DNA of 64,000 nucleotides from Azolla caroliniana (lineage: Eukaryota; Plantae; Polypodiophyta): contig JBHGNT010000004.1 in NCBI GenBank assembly GCA_043228905.1, positions 4,278,001-4,342,000 of the forward strand, read 5' to 3'. A program made the position numbers and the translations under genes. Within the stretch, counting starts at the first letter, position 1; each line of letters begins with the position of its first letter. Shown here piece after piece: positions 38,205 through 51,480 of the stretch. The notes under the pieces are model-generated. The model was not told the origin of the DNA and did no database searches. It worked only from the letters and a program-made list of their open reading frames with translations.

Positions 38205-39698
38205 GAATCATAGACATTTGTGAATTCATTAATCTATAATTGCTATGTAGTTGTAATTTAAAAAACGTACAACAACAGCCAATTTAAACAACGGCCAGTT
38301 GAAGATTTGTGAAGGTGAACTATCATGCAAAATTACAAACAATAATGAGTGGCCAGTTTAGAGGCCATGGTAAGGTGCCTTCTAAAGTTCTACCTATATA
38401 TGGAGTGAATGTACCTTCCACATGATACCAGAAATGGAGCTTACTAGAGTTAAAAAGAAGAAAGAAGATTGAACATAATCATTAAAATTTGTTCGTTCAA
38501 ATTGACAACTTGCCTATAATTATATCAGCGAAACATTATCTTATCATAAATATAATTAGCCATACTAGCACAAAAACGGCTCCAATGGAAATCTTGTATT
38601 ACTATCGAATAAGTGATAATACAAAAATTTGGAGTGTGAGCTCAAGCAAAAGCTACAAAACTTAAAATGTAATATGCTTAATATGTCGTAGAAGAAGTTT
38701 GTGGTAGTTTCTTATCCCCCCCATTGATCAATGTTATTGTTATTATAATCATTCATGGTGATCATCACCCCTTCTCCACCTCATTGTCAGAATCTGTCAT
38801 TCTTGATGAGCATGACCATGATGACTACTAATTGGGGAACCATGGCTATCAATCGCTAATCATGGTGCTCATGGCCACCATGAGCATGGTTGTCCTCTTC
38901 TTGGGGTGGGACACGGACAACCACGGGCAAAGATTTATGCTCCGGAACTCGGACGTGGACGGGGGAGGATGGGGTCAGTCCGGGGACGCGGATTGTGAGA
39001 GGGGTCGACGGGGTAATGTCCGCGCCGGGGACATCGATGTAACCTCCCGGGACGCGCACATGAACAGGAGGAGGAGGGCCATGGCCATGGCCATGCTTAT
39101 CATCTCCACCGCTACCGTCCACAGAAACTCCCTGCTCATCATGTTCATGTTCATGGGCATGGCCATGGCTACCGCTTTCCGTTAGGACCCGACCTCGAAG
39201 ATGGAGCTGGGCTGCATGAGGAACTCCATGAATGGTTTGAGGAAGTGTCATGGCGGTAGCGAGTAAGCATAGTAGGGCGGAGGAGAAGACGAAGGCGAGG
39301 TCCATCCTGAACCTCATCATCATCATCATCATAACTGACGATGCTACACTCGCACGTGCAGGCAGCAGCTGCTAAGGAAGGGGGTATGTATAGGAGAATC
39401 AGGAAGAGAACTGTGGTGAATATAGTGTGTGTGTGTGTGTTGGTCCGCATAAGTTGGGGCGAAGGAGAAGTGGGGAGGACGCATGCATATAACATGACCG
39501 GAAGAAGGCCAAAGCTCATGTCCATCCGTTCTTTTGTCCACCCTTTGTGGTCCTATTCATGGGCATATCATACCATACCACGTGCTGCCACGATTTTTAG
39601 CTAACAACATGCCTTCAATTGACCTACAAAACCTAGTGTGTGTATATGTGTGTGTGTGTGTCTTGAATGGTGTGACCCACCACATACATACTCATGCA
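38205..39698. repeat. Segmental duplication, copy 2
   Basis: Matches 21560-23230 but lacks the 189-bp internal duplication. Confidence 0.95.
38856..39332 (-). CDS. Putative secreted His/Pro-rich protein, copy 2 (158 aa)
   Basis: Same architecture as copy 1. Differs by an in-frame 18-nt HG-repeat indel and three amino-acid substitutions. Confidence 0.8.
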   Translation of the reverse strand: MMMMMMRFRMDLAFVFSSALLCLLATAMTLPQTIHGVPHAAQLHLRGRVLTESGSHGHAHEHEHDEQGVSVDGSGGDDKHGHGHGPPPPVHVRVPGGYIDVPGADITPSTPLTIRVPGLTPSSPVHVRVPEHKSLPVVVRVPPQEEDNHAHGGHEHHD

Positions 39699-40086
39699 AT
39701 CATCTTGTATCTTATTCACAACATGCTCAACTTACATGATGAATGGCAACTTTGGACTCAATTACTTGTCATAGCTTCTCAATTCATCACAACCCTACAT
39801 TCGAAATCCTATAAGATATTGTAGCTTTAGGTGTGCATTGATGAACATGTGATCCATATATGAGTATGCTGCGGAAAGAAGAACACTTTTTTCTTAATAT
39901 TTACTTGTATAAGAGAAAACATTTCCAAACTTCACAATATTTATGAGAATCTCCAACAAGTTGTGAAAAAATATTATTAGTTCATGTCTTCCAAATAGTA
40001 TGGCAAATCACATTACAAGAAGATATAGATTATATTAAAAAATTTCTTTAAAGACTATTTTATTCAAAGAGTTCCAATAAACACTT

Positions 40087-40276
40087 TGTTGAGAGTCGAA
40101 CTCAACTTTCCTCAGTAATAAGTTTCACACTAGCTCATGGTCATACTAGGCTAGTTTTGTAAATAGTAGAAAGGGCACTTACCTTACCTTAGTTGGTATT
40201 TAAACCAACTCCTTGTAACTTAGTTACTGTTGGAAGTATTTTGGTTAATGTAACATGTAGTCTTTTATCTCTATCT

Positions 40277-40319
<43 letters not shown>

Positions 40320-40328
40320 GCCTGAAGT

Positions 40329-40381
<53 letters not shown>

Positions 40382-40713
40382 TATCTTCCGCTGCATTACA
40401 CCACCAGCTCCATTTATTTACATGGTATCAGAATGTGTGGTTGCTTAATTGAATCTATTCAACTGTGTTGTGATACACGCCGATGATCAACAGAGAAGAA
40501 ATCAACATAATGAACACTTAGATGGGAAGCGTTCTTCCTACTGAGAAGCTTGACAGAACGAACTTCGCATCTTGGGAATACAAGATGCATCAATACCTTG
40601 TCAGACAAGGTTATTGGAGCTACATTGAAGGAGCTCACCAAACTCAACCCAACCCAACACATGCCGACTATCCCGCTTGTGAGCAAGCCGCAAGCCATGT
40701 GTTGTATTGCCTT
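40087..40713 (+). mobile_element. Ty1/Copia 5' LTR, tRNA-iMet PBS and start of gag
   Basis: LTR 40087-40422 is homologous to 34469-34772. PBS TGGTATCAGA at 40423-40432. gag KLDRTNFASWEYKM...YL from 40522, cut at about 40714. Confidence 0.9.
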
Positions 40714-41152
40714 GGGGTCGAAGCCTGCTACGGTGTATAAAAAAAGTATTGTTTTTGGCCAAGGAAAACACGAGTATTAAGTAATTATAAAACAACTTTT
40801 AAAAAAATCAAAAAATTTTATAATCTTTTTAGGGCGTGGGGTGGGGGTAGTACACGTTGCATTTAATGGGGGGAGACAGTTGTTGCGTATTCAGGAGTCA
40901 AGACTGATTTAGGGGCTATTTCCCCCTCACTTTTAATTTAGCACGCCATATTAATTGAATTTAGCGTCTCTCATCATTTTGGCGCATCCCCTTCCTCCTT
41001 CCAACCGAGCCCATCTCAGATTCACTGTTTGTCGTTCTCTGCATCTCAGGTATTCATAGCATGCAAATGTCCCCAAGATTTGGGATCTTGCCATTCCTTA
41101 TCTACGAATCAAACCTACGTGAAAATGATCAAGCGTTCTTTGTGTCACACAT

Positions 41153-41601
41153 CTGAGCCATCTTCGCCTTTCGTCGGTATGTCTTCTCCTTCCCTCGGTA
41201 TGTCTTCAAAACTATTTTTTCAGAACTGTTTTTTAAGCGTTGGTTATTTCAGAATTGTTTTTTAAGCTTTAATATTTATTGTTTATCCTTTCAAATGGAA
41301 ACTGAGCCATCTTCGCCTTTCGTCGGTATGTCTTCTCCTTCCCTCGGTATGTCTTCAGAACTATTTTTTCAGAACTGTTTTTTAAGCGTTGGTTATTTCA
41401 GAATTGTTTTTTAAGCTTTAATATTTATTGTTTATCCTTTCAAATGGAAACTGAGCCATCTTCGCCTTTCGTCGGTATGTCTTCTCCTTCCCTCGGTATG
41501 TCTTCAGAACTATTTTTTCAGAACTGTTTTTTAAGCGTTGGTTATTTCAGAATTGTTTTTTAAGCTTTAATATTTATTGTTTATCCTTTCAAATGGAAAC
41601 T
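41153..41601. repeat. 149-bp tandem repeat x3, nearly identical
   Basis: Units start at 41153, 41302 and 41451. Confidence 0.95.
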
Positions 41602-43799
41602 TTAAGATTTATTTATGCTGAAAAGATTATGTCTTCATCATCATCATGATTATTTTTGGCATTATCATCTCCATCTACTTGTTCATTGTTACCATATTAC
41701 GTTGAGCATATTGTTATTTGTACTATTTCCCGAGCTTAATAGAATGATAATCTTCTGCCAATGCTGTTAGGCACATGTGGATAACACCTAAAACTTGACT
41801 TTTATATTAGCCTATTGGTATGGTTGTCTTTCTTAGGACTGTATTGTTTTGTTAAAGGAATATATGTGTGTGGTATTATCGTACATGTTTATTCGAAAAC
41901 GGGTTGATGTGGTTTTCATTGACGTATTAAGTACGTTTATTCTATGATGTATTAAGAATTTATTTTGATTAATTAGGTATTGAAATAACAAGAAATTAGG
42001 TGCTAGAATACATGAGAGTGGCAATGGTAGATGTCAAGGAGAGTGAGTTGTCATGTAGCAATTCTATGTCTGAGAGGAGCAAGAGACGGGTGGTTCTTCA
42101 CATAGTTCGTTATTTACTAGAAGTAATTGAGAGATTTACCAAGGAAGATCGTAGGGATATTACCTCTAGAGTGTTACACCATCAGCTTTTGAATGATTGC
42201 ATGGAGAAATATTAAGTTTAGGGACCAATGTGTTTCAGAGGAGATTGTAGAGTCTATGAAGTCATCGCTACAGTTAGTGAAAGGGGTAGAGAGCATAGAT
42301 AAGCTTGATGCAAAGAGAGCAACCCTTCACATGGTTGTAAATGGTACAAGTAAAAAAAAAGTAGTGATACTAAAGTTGCATTAGACCTTGGTATTCAAAG
42401 AAGAAACTTGAGGAAGCATCGGACAAATATACAATCAAATCAATTTAAGTGGTTGGGGTTAGGCCGTAGATGACGATGTGATGCCTTGTCTCATGAGATT
42501 ATTGAGAAAGTGGATTCCTTTTGGACAAAAAACACTCGTGTCTCACCGAATAAAAAAGATGTATGTAGATAACGTATAAGTCGGGGTGGGTACTAGATTC
42601 ACCCAAGACACTTCTTGGAGATGACTGAGGTAATTCTTTTGTTTTTATCTATTTGTTTCTAAATAGTTTCTTTTACTAAAGGATTCTATTAACATTTGTT
42701 ATTTATTGAGTGATGTAGGTGGAATTGTTCATGAACTTCAAAGACCAACATCCTAACATCAATCTTGGATTTTGCAAGTTCCAAGGTTTGAAACCATTTT
42801 TTTGTTGTGTGTACCACATTAAAATGGACATGTTAAGGCTTGGCGTGAACAATATGCGTACTGATTCTAAGGGTATACATGGGGATGGGTGTGTTTGCAC
42901 TTGTGAGGTATGTAGACCAAATGGGAGTGGTAATAGATGTAATGCGTGAAACATGACTTATGCATCGGTTTCTGAGTTAAGGTGGTCTTTTGTTTGTGAA
43001 AAACAACCATCATCTGAGTGGCATAATTGTACATGTCTTGTCAGAACATGTAAGGTTTGCCCACAACCGTTATTTTGTAGACAGGAGGTTGACGTGGATA
43101 ACTGTCATATTGTGAAATGGAAATATTTAGAGTATGTGACAGAAAATATAAGTAAGGGTCTTGTTAGTAAGCGTATCAAGGAAGTATATAAGGAGACATG
43201 TCCTGCTACCCTTGTCTCAGAGTTTAAGAACCAACTCGAGGATTTCATTCCACATAACTTTAGGAGTTATTGGCAAAATTCACAGTTCAAGGAATGTATA
43301 AATAACTTACCACCATATGTTATAGTATCTATTATTGACTTTGCAGAGAACTATACATTTAAAGTTCAAAATGAGGTTCAATCAATGCATTGGTAAAATG
43401 ACCAATGTACAATACTTGTACATATTTGCTACTTGCAGATGATATCAATATAAGATGATGAGTTACATAAGACATCAATATTCTACATTTCAGATGATAA
43501 AAAGCATGATACGCTATTTGTTCAACATTGTTTTAAGCTTCACTATGCAGATTTATTGTCCTTGGGTGTTAACTTTAATCGGCATTGGGTTCGGTCTGAT
43601 GGTGATGCCTCGCAATTTAAGGTGAGGAAATAATCCATATGTTTGGTACTTATAAATGGAAGTCTATTTTGGTAATACTCCATAGTACTTATAAATGCTT
43701 GTATAAAATACTGAATTAGTAAATCTCCAGCTACATGCACCAATACTATCTTGGAATGTGAATCTGAACTGATTGACCATTTAGTTCTCTCTTCCTAGG

Positions 43800-44720
43800 T
43801 TCACTAGTACTGATTATAGTAATAACCATGTTAAGTAAACTAACTTACAGGTTAGTACTGTCGTCCTACGTGTACAAGTACTAATTAAGGTTGAGGCCTT
43901 GTAATGTATTCGTAATTTACAACATAGTATTGTTCCCAAAGGTGCACATGCACAAGTACTGACAATGGTTTACAACTAAGTACTCAGATCCCACATGCAC
44001 AAGTACTAATTTATAAGTTAGGATTGCATTCCTTCATTGGCACGAGTACTAATTTATATCTCAGCATTGCCCTCTCTTGTGCATTAGTACTAATGAATAA
44101 CTTAATACTATCCTCTTTCGTTCATTAGTACTAATTTATAACTTTGGACTGCCATTCGGCAAGCACGAGCACTAATTAATACTTACATCGCCCCCTCTCA
44201 GTAATGTTTGTACTAATTCATAACTTAGTTGTATTCAACTTTGTTCGTTAGTACTAATTTATAAATTAGGATTGTTCTCTCTCATTAATTATAATTATTA
44301 ACTTAGTACTATCCAACCATGTTCATTATTAACTTAGTATTGTCCAACTTTGTTCATTAAGACCAACTTATACCTTAGAACTGTCCTCTGTCATGCATTA
44401 GTAGTAATTAATAACTTAGTATTGTCCAACTTTGTTCATTAAGACCAACTTATAACTTAGGACTGTCCTCTGTCATGCATTAGTACTCTCCAACTTTGTT
44501 CATTACGACCAACTTATAACTTATGGCTGCATTAGTACTAATTAATAACTTACCAATTCCCTCTCTCGTCTATTAGTACTAATCTCCAACTTAGTATTAT
44601 CCTCTCTCATGCATTAGTACTAATCAATAATGTAGTACTATCCTCTCTTGTTCATTTGTACTGATTCAAATATTAGTATTGTTCACTCATGCATAAGTAA
44701 TAATTATGGTTTTAAGTCAT
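43800..44720. repeat. Degenerate AGTACTAAT-cored minisatellite inside a transposase intron
   Basis: Recurrent TTAGTACTAAT/AACTTAGTA motifs with roughly 38-bp spacing. Confidence 0.8.
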
Positions 44721-45549
44721 GCAATTAATTATGTTTGTTGGCTAACTGTCATGCAAAACACCCAAATACTTCTCATTGACAAACATTAGGATGCAATGGA
44801 ACTACTTCGGGTCTGGACATGGAAAGGGAGAGCATGATGGCGCGGGGGCTGTGATCAAGCGTGCTCTTACATCGGAGCAGTTGGTTAATAAAGATGCGAA
44901 GCTACAAAATGCACATGATGTTGTGGAGTGGCTCACATGGAAGATGTCAAATGATGGCAATAATAGATTGTTTATTGAGGTTCGTGCCAATGAGGTGGAT
45001 AGGAGTAAATCATATGGTTGTAAAACCGTGAAAGGGACGCACAAGACCCATTGTGTTTTAGGGTTTAGTCGCAAGGACACAATACAATTGTTATTCCGTA
45101 GTTTATCATGCTTTTGTTCCATGTGTTTAGATGAAGCTTGGGATGAATGCACCAATCTATCAATTGTGGAGCCATGGAAGCTACAGAAGCTAGAGATAGA
45201 ACACAGTGTGAATATCCAAGAAAACGAACATTCAGACAATATTGTATACTACAACCAGTGTGAGGACTTGGCAATATTATTGGAAGTTGGAGATCATTTT
45301 GCAATGCTCAAATCTCCTCAGAATGAAGATTTTGAAGACTACTACATTGTGGTGTGCAAGCATGGAAATACAATATTGGAAGAAGTCGTGAGGGATGGCT
45401 GGGGCAATATGTTCAATGTTGGTGAGTCTGATGTGTATGGCAACTACTATGCAAAGTTGCCACAATACAAGAACACATATGCATTGTTAAAAGATGCACC
45501 CAATGCAATTATCTATGTTGATGCCGTTATTGCAATCAAGTTCAAAATA

Positions 45550-48534
45550 ACTTTGCATCCAATTCACATCCTATTTTTTTATGATGGATGTCGTAAGGTA
45601 TGATGCATGGACTTGGATCAATGGAAATGATGTTGGTTATACCTTTCAATCGGCACAATATAGATCAACTTAGAGTAGATTGGATCGCATTTATATTATG
45701 CATGATGATACATTCTTGCTAGAGTTTTTGACTATGCAAGTGCATAGGGGGGATTGGATCATCAAATAATTTCCCAGTTGTTTTGGAATGGACACATCAA
45801 ACTGTGGATGGTTTTAGAGCTTTATTGGGGAGACAACCATTGAGATTTAATTCATCTTTTCTTGGACATGATAAATTTAAGCATGCTATGGGACAATTGG
45901 TGGGGGAGTTTACAAGACAAGTCAATGTCCACGGTGTTTTGTCATGGGATATTTGTCTTTCCAATATTCAACGGTTTACACGATATTATGGAATTTATCA
46001 GGCATCTATCCGTAAACAAAAGATGAGTTTGTTACAACACTTTCTAGATAGATGTAATGCATTGTTGGTAAAGAGTCCATTGGATGATGTGTTGTTGGAT
46101 ATTCAAGAGACATTGCCACAAGCCTTACAAGTATTAGAGGTTTGCAATTATCAACAATCACGAGTGATGGCTATGAAAAATGAAGTATATGATCACAACT
46201 GTAATTCACATAAGTTTTACCATGGGTTGCAAGCATCTCATGCTAGAATGAATGTGGTAATTGTAGAGATTTATGGAACTTTGAATACAAACCCATAAGT
46301 GATTATTGATAATTGTGTTAAACATTTCACGAATCTTTTTGGGCAAGATTGTATTATGAATGATGGCATAACAAAAGCGCAATCGATGCTACTTAACTCA
46401 GTTAAGGTGAGTGGTGGGCAACATGACATGATTGCATTGGAGGAGGATATAAAGGAGGAGGAGGTGGAATATGTATTATCACATCTTGCAAGTCATAAAA
46501 GCCCGGGTTGGGATGGCATTACGAATGAGTTTTTTAAAGCCTTTTTACATGAACTTAAAGCCCCTCTAACAATGATATTCCAAGAAATATGGAGTTCTAG
46601 TAAAATGCCCGATTCATAGAAACTTAGTCTAGTTAAACTTATACCAAAAGTTGCATCTCCTACGTCTTTTGGTCAATGGAAACCGATATCATTAATGGGT
46701 GGGATGTATAAGATTTTTGCCAAAGTAATTGAAAATAAACTTCAAAAGGTGTTGTTGGCTATGGTCCATCCAATGCAATATGGCTTTATTAAGGGAAGGG
46801 ACATCCTGCATAATATTTTGAATGTGCAAATGGTAGTGGATTATGCAAAGGAATCCAAACAACAAATTGTAATGATACAACTTGATATCGAGAAGGCATA
46901 TGATCATGTAAGTTGGTCTTTTATTACTCAACTTATGTCTCATATGGGTTTTAGGGAAAGGATGTCTCGAATATCGTTGTTGGTGGGATTAGGTACAATC
47001 TCACACGTTATGTTAAATGGTGGAGTTACTAAGGAAATACCATTGAAAAGATCACTTAGACAAGGATGCCCATTGAGTCCACTATTATTTGCAATTACTA
47101 AGGCATTGGCATCAGGATTACATATAAATATGCAGAAGTCGATGCTCATTAGATGCACTGAAAGTGATTTGGTGGATATTGGATGGGGTGGCCAAATATT
47201 AGATCAAGGGAATGTGTGTCAACACTTATGTAACCCTATTGGTGTTGATATCTCATCATCACAAAGTTTGAATTGGATATCGGGAACCATTTTGGACAAA
47301 TTTATGTATTGGAAGTCTCAAGCATGGACGTTTAGTACTCGTCTCAAAATGGTACAAGCTATAATGATTCCAATGATTTCTTATTTTTTGCCATTGTTAC
47401 AGTGGACAAAGAAATCACTTGATCATTTAGCTCGTTCACTTAAATATACACTATGGAAGAAAGACACAAACCTTGGTATGAGTTGGGTATCATGGAACAA
47501 TATTTGTACCCCAAAACGATTAGGGGGTGTTGCTTTACTAAATTTAGAAGATCATATGGTGGCTCGAAGATTCAATCTTTTGAAAGGTATGTGCATAGCT
47601 ACCCAACCTTGGCCAGAAATAATTTCTTATTTTGTGGAAAAGGTTGGTATTTACCATGGGAAAACGAGAATTACAGCTTCGTGGTGGCATGTTGTTAATA
47701 GTAACCAACAATTTAAGTGTTCTGAATCTAGTATGGTTCAACAATTGGTGCTTTCTTGGCAACAGTGTTTGAAGTTGTTTAATTGGAGGCCTCCTGAGTG
47801 TAGAAAAGATATAAATTCATTGGCAGCAGAGGTGTTAGCAGCTTCAAGGATATTACACTGGGAGGGAAAAGAAAGTCTAAATTCACAGTTCAATCAAATG
47901 GCAATGTTAGCTTTGATAACTGTAGAAGATGGTATTTTAGAGTCACGTACGAAAATGATGGCCTTTCGGACAATCAGAAATAAGTTTCATATACCACGTG
48001 GATATGGGTATATTTGGCAATCAATATTGGCATTGCCTAGATTAGTTTTCCCAATTCCATAGTTGGTGGTCGAGGAACCATGGAAAGATTGACCATTTGG
48101 TAATGGGAAATCGATTAATGTGGTGCACACTAATGATGTGTACCATAAGTTGGTTGAAGATAGAGCTTGGTTAGAAAATAAGGTGTTGGATACATGGAGC
48201 ATTACTAGAAATGTAAAGTGGTGGCCTAGAGTTTTAGATGCAGGGTGGCAATCTCCTCTTCCATTCCGTGCAAAGGTGTTTCTTTGGCGTTGCATAGTTG
48301 GTGGGTTGCCTTTGGCGATGGCCTTAAAACGAAGACATCTTTCGAATGGGACATGTTTTTTTTTGTACGGTGAACTTTGAAGAAGATGCCAAACATAGGT
48401 TCATTACATGTTCGGTTGCTAAGGCCATTTGGGTGATTATGTCAAAAATTTAGGCATCGATAACAGGGAATATTTTGTCACCTTATAAATGGGTTTTTAT
48501 GGATAAGGATAAAGTTATGCCCACACCATCATAT
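45550..48534 (+). mobile_element. LINE (L1-like) ORF2 remnant: endonuclease C-terminus, RT and zf-RVT
   Basis: SRLDRIY, KSPGWDGITNEFF, QLDIEKAYDHV, SLRQGCPLSPLLF, PKRLGG and KVFLWR...CFF. Stops are present and the YADD region is deleted. Confidence 0.92.
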
Positions 48535-48775
48535 TGTGGTATTACCACGGATCCTAACCAAGGCCCCACGTAACCAGGGTCACATTGACCACACCCAAAT
48601 TAGGCTCCCATAATTAGAAGAGCTAATTGGAGCGGGAAAACACCCACCATGCTAAGAGTAGCCTATAAGATGTAACTTAGAACGTAATGGTAAGGGAGCT
48701 ATTTTGAGAGCATTTCACATCTTGGTGGAGAAGACGGGCAAAGAAGCCCCAACTCATGACCCCAACAACACATGC
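48535..48775. mobile_element. Start of another LTR-like insertion that interrupts the LINE
   Basis: Abrupt TG-starting switch out of LINE coding sequence. Itself interrupted at 48776, and its other end is not in the window. Confidence 0.4.
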
Positions 48776-51108
48776 TGTCGTGAAGAATTCTGGCTATAGT
48801 GTGAAACCGGGGTGGAATATGGCAAGTCGGTGGTGTGCAAGATGTGCACATGTATAGTAGGAAACAATGTATAGAATAAGGGGGGAGTATTGATCCCACA
48901 TTGTAACGGTTCTCCCTCCTTGGGTTATAAAAGGAAGGGAGGGGTCCCTTGTATGGGGTTGCCCATTTTGAGTCGTAGGGTATACCATTTTGTGGAGGGT
49001 CTCTCTTTTGTTAAGAGTTTCTAGGGTTAGTAACTTTTTTTCTTCTTCTTCTTCTCCTTCTTGGGAAGTTGGGCGCGGTAGCCATGGCGGCAAGCCCTGT
49101 CTGGGTTAAGTTCTTCTTCTTCTTCTTCGTGTAGCCGGCTCGAAGCCGGGGTTGTATCTTCCCCTTTTGTAATATATTTATTTATATCTGTTTGTGCATA
49201 TTGGTGTCGAGTGTTTCTACCCCTTTTGTTTTCTATACATAAGAGTCGGTGGCGTGCAAGATCTCTCTCTCACTCTCTGAGTCGTGTTCGGTAACCTCTA
49301 GTAAGTGTCTGGAGTCGGCTTCCCGCCTTCCTTCTCTTCCTAGTCCGAGACCCCCTGTGGTCCCGCCCCTTTTGCACGCACACGTGTGGAAAACCGTGAC
49401 ATCTTTGGTGAGCTCGATGTGAAAGGCGGCAAGGGACAATGGAGTTGGAAGAAGACAACTTCACGCAACTTTTTGTCGAAGCGGTGAGGGAGTTTGGACG
49501 AGCAACAACAAGAAGAGAGACGGCGCAACAAGCTGTTTTGAGCGAGTGGTCGAAAGAGTCGACCGTTTCAATGGGGACAAGGTCCCATTCTATTTGGAAG
49601 CCTAGTACGTGGAAATGGAGGAGCGAGACGTAGACGAGGTGTTGAGGCTGGAGTTCTTCTGTCGGGTCGTCGTCATCCATATGGATGTGGAAGTGAAGGA
49701 GCTCCGAGAAGCTCATAGTTTGTGGGAGGCCTTCGAAGAGGCGCTCCTATAAGCATATTGAGGACAACGGAAGAGCCGGGGACGACGCGACTGCGACCAG
49801 TGGGTGGCATCGGCGAAGACCCACCGGGGCGCAACGAAGGTGTTCCGAGAGTTCGAGTGATGGCTTGCTCAGCTATTGGAGCGGGAGCAAGGTTTAATGG
49901 GGGTGGACAAAGTCCTATTGTTCGTCAGGTCGATCGACCGAGCGGAACGGGAGGCCATTGGGATTGAGCTCGAAGATGAGGACGGAGTGAATGGCCTTAC
50001 GGAGGATTAGTCGAAGGTCGGGAGGGTATGCCAATGGCTAAATGATGAGCGAGTCGAGAAGGCTAGGAGGAAGGCGCACGACGGCGTGCCATCACAGCGG
50101 GAAGAGGACGAACGGCAAAAAGAGTTGGCAAGGCTTGGCTTTGGGGCCAGGATTGCGAAGGTGTACGCAGTTCTCGAGGCAATGCTCGAGGAAGAGGAAA
50201 GATCGAGACCGCAAGCCGACACCGAAGAGACAAACTTGTCGGTAGGACGGTACCATGGGAGAGGGTGCGGAACAAAATGCCTTCTCGGATTGTGAAGATA
50301 GAACGGCCGGGGACAAGGCTGAGATACCGATCGTGGAATTGGAACGTTGGGATCGGCGGTTTCGGGCACGTCAGCCCGAGGCTCCGGACATTGGAGAACC
50401 AAGACTAGGTAGGGTTTGCGCGATCGGTAAGGAGTCGACCACCGACCACGAGGAGCCGGTGGCTACAAACAAGGGTGCAAATAGTATGGGAGATTCTATG
50501 CGTCTTCCCACACTTGCTCCCAAGACGATGGTAGTCGGGCCCGAGTGCCCACGTGAGTCACAAGAGGAGGAAGGCGGCGGTGGGAACCCGAGAATCACCG
50601 GCGAGATGATACGAGGAAGGAGCGGACAAAAGCCCTCGGAATCGATTCCGAAGAACTCGGCATTCGGGCCCTTACGCCCACCTGAGACCGAGGAGATGGA
50701 TGATGACGTCAAGGAGTTCTGCCACGATGCCAGCGAAGAAGGATGGGAGATGGTCCGCGAGAAGGTCGATGAAGGAACCAAGCAACGACCCGACCGGGGA
50801 CCGAACCACACGACATTCCAATTTGGGTGGAGCACGATCCGGTTGTGGATTGTTTGACCAGGGCCAGAATCAGCATGAGGGTGACGATACAGAAGAGGGT
50901 GCGGAACGAGCCACCCTCTTTTACATGAGGAGAAAGACCGACTGGGTGAAGGTCGGGAATCAAAAGGGAAATGATTGAGGGCACGAAGCGAGTATGTCAG
51001 GATCGACAACGGAGCCGAAACTCCGGACATTGGAGAATCAAGCCCAGGCGGGGGTTGATCGATCATAGAACGGATGCTATCCCTTGGGAAGAGTCACCGG
51101 AAGACGTT

Positions 51109-51480
51109 CCTATGGGGTCCTCACACCAATCCGGAGACATTGGCAGTTCAAGCTGACGTGGCAACATGAGACCGAGTGAGAAGGATGGTGGCGGCAAGAA
51201 ACGGGAACTGGTGATGCGGGAAGTGCAGAAAGACTAATCCTATCGGATCCTCACACCGATCCAGAGACACTGGCAGTTCAAGCCGACGTGGGAATGTGAG
51301 ACCGAGTGAGAAGGATGGTGGCAGCAGGAAACGGGAACCGGCGATGCGGGAAGTGCGGAAAGACCGATCCTATGGGGTTCTCACACCAATCCGGAGACAC
51401 CGACAGTTCAAGCCGACGTGGCAACGTGAGATTGAGTGAGAAGGATGGTGGCGGCAGGAAATGGGAATCGGCGATGAAGG
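51109..51480. repeat. 130-bp tandem repeat x3 in the internal region
   Basis: Units start at about 51109, 51239 and 51369. A further copy is split by the insertion at 52180/63314. Confidence 0.9.

Larger units (their letters stand above)
40714..45550 (+). mobile_element. Degenerate Sola2-like DDD DNA transposon with introns
   Basis: Starts GGG at the break in Copia gag. Transposase remnants: Cys-rich region, IIDFAENYTF..QNEVQSMHW, SDGDASQFK, WNYFGSGHGKGEHDGAGAVIKR and SCFCSMC. Introns at 42630-42718 and from 43622. The right end is lost at the LINE junction. The superfamily is assigned from remembered motifs. Confidence 0.7.

Noticed and set aside
5486-48534. LINE ORF1 (5.5 kb) and ORF2 (45.5 kb) as one split element
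   Set aside because: They are separated by host genes and an assembly gap, with no junction evidence linking them.
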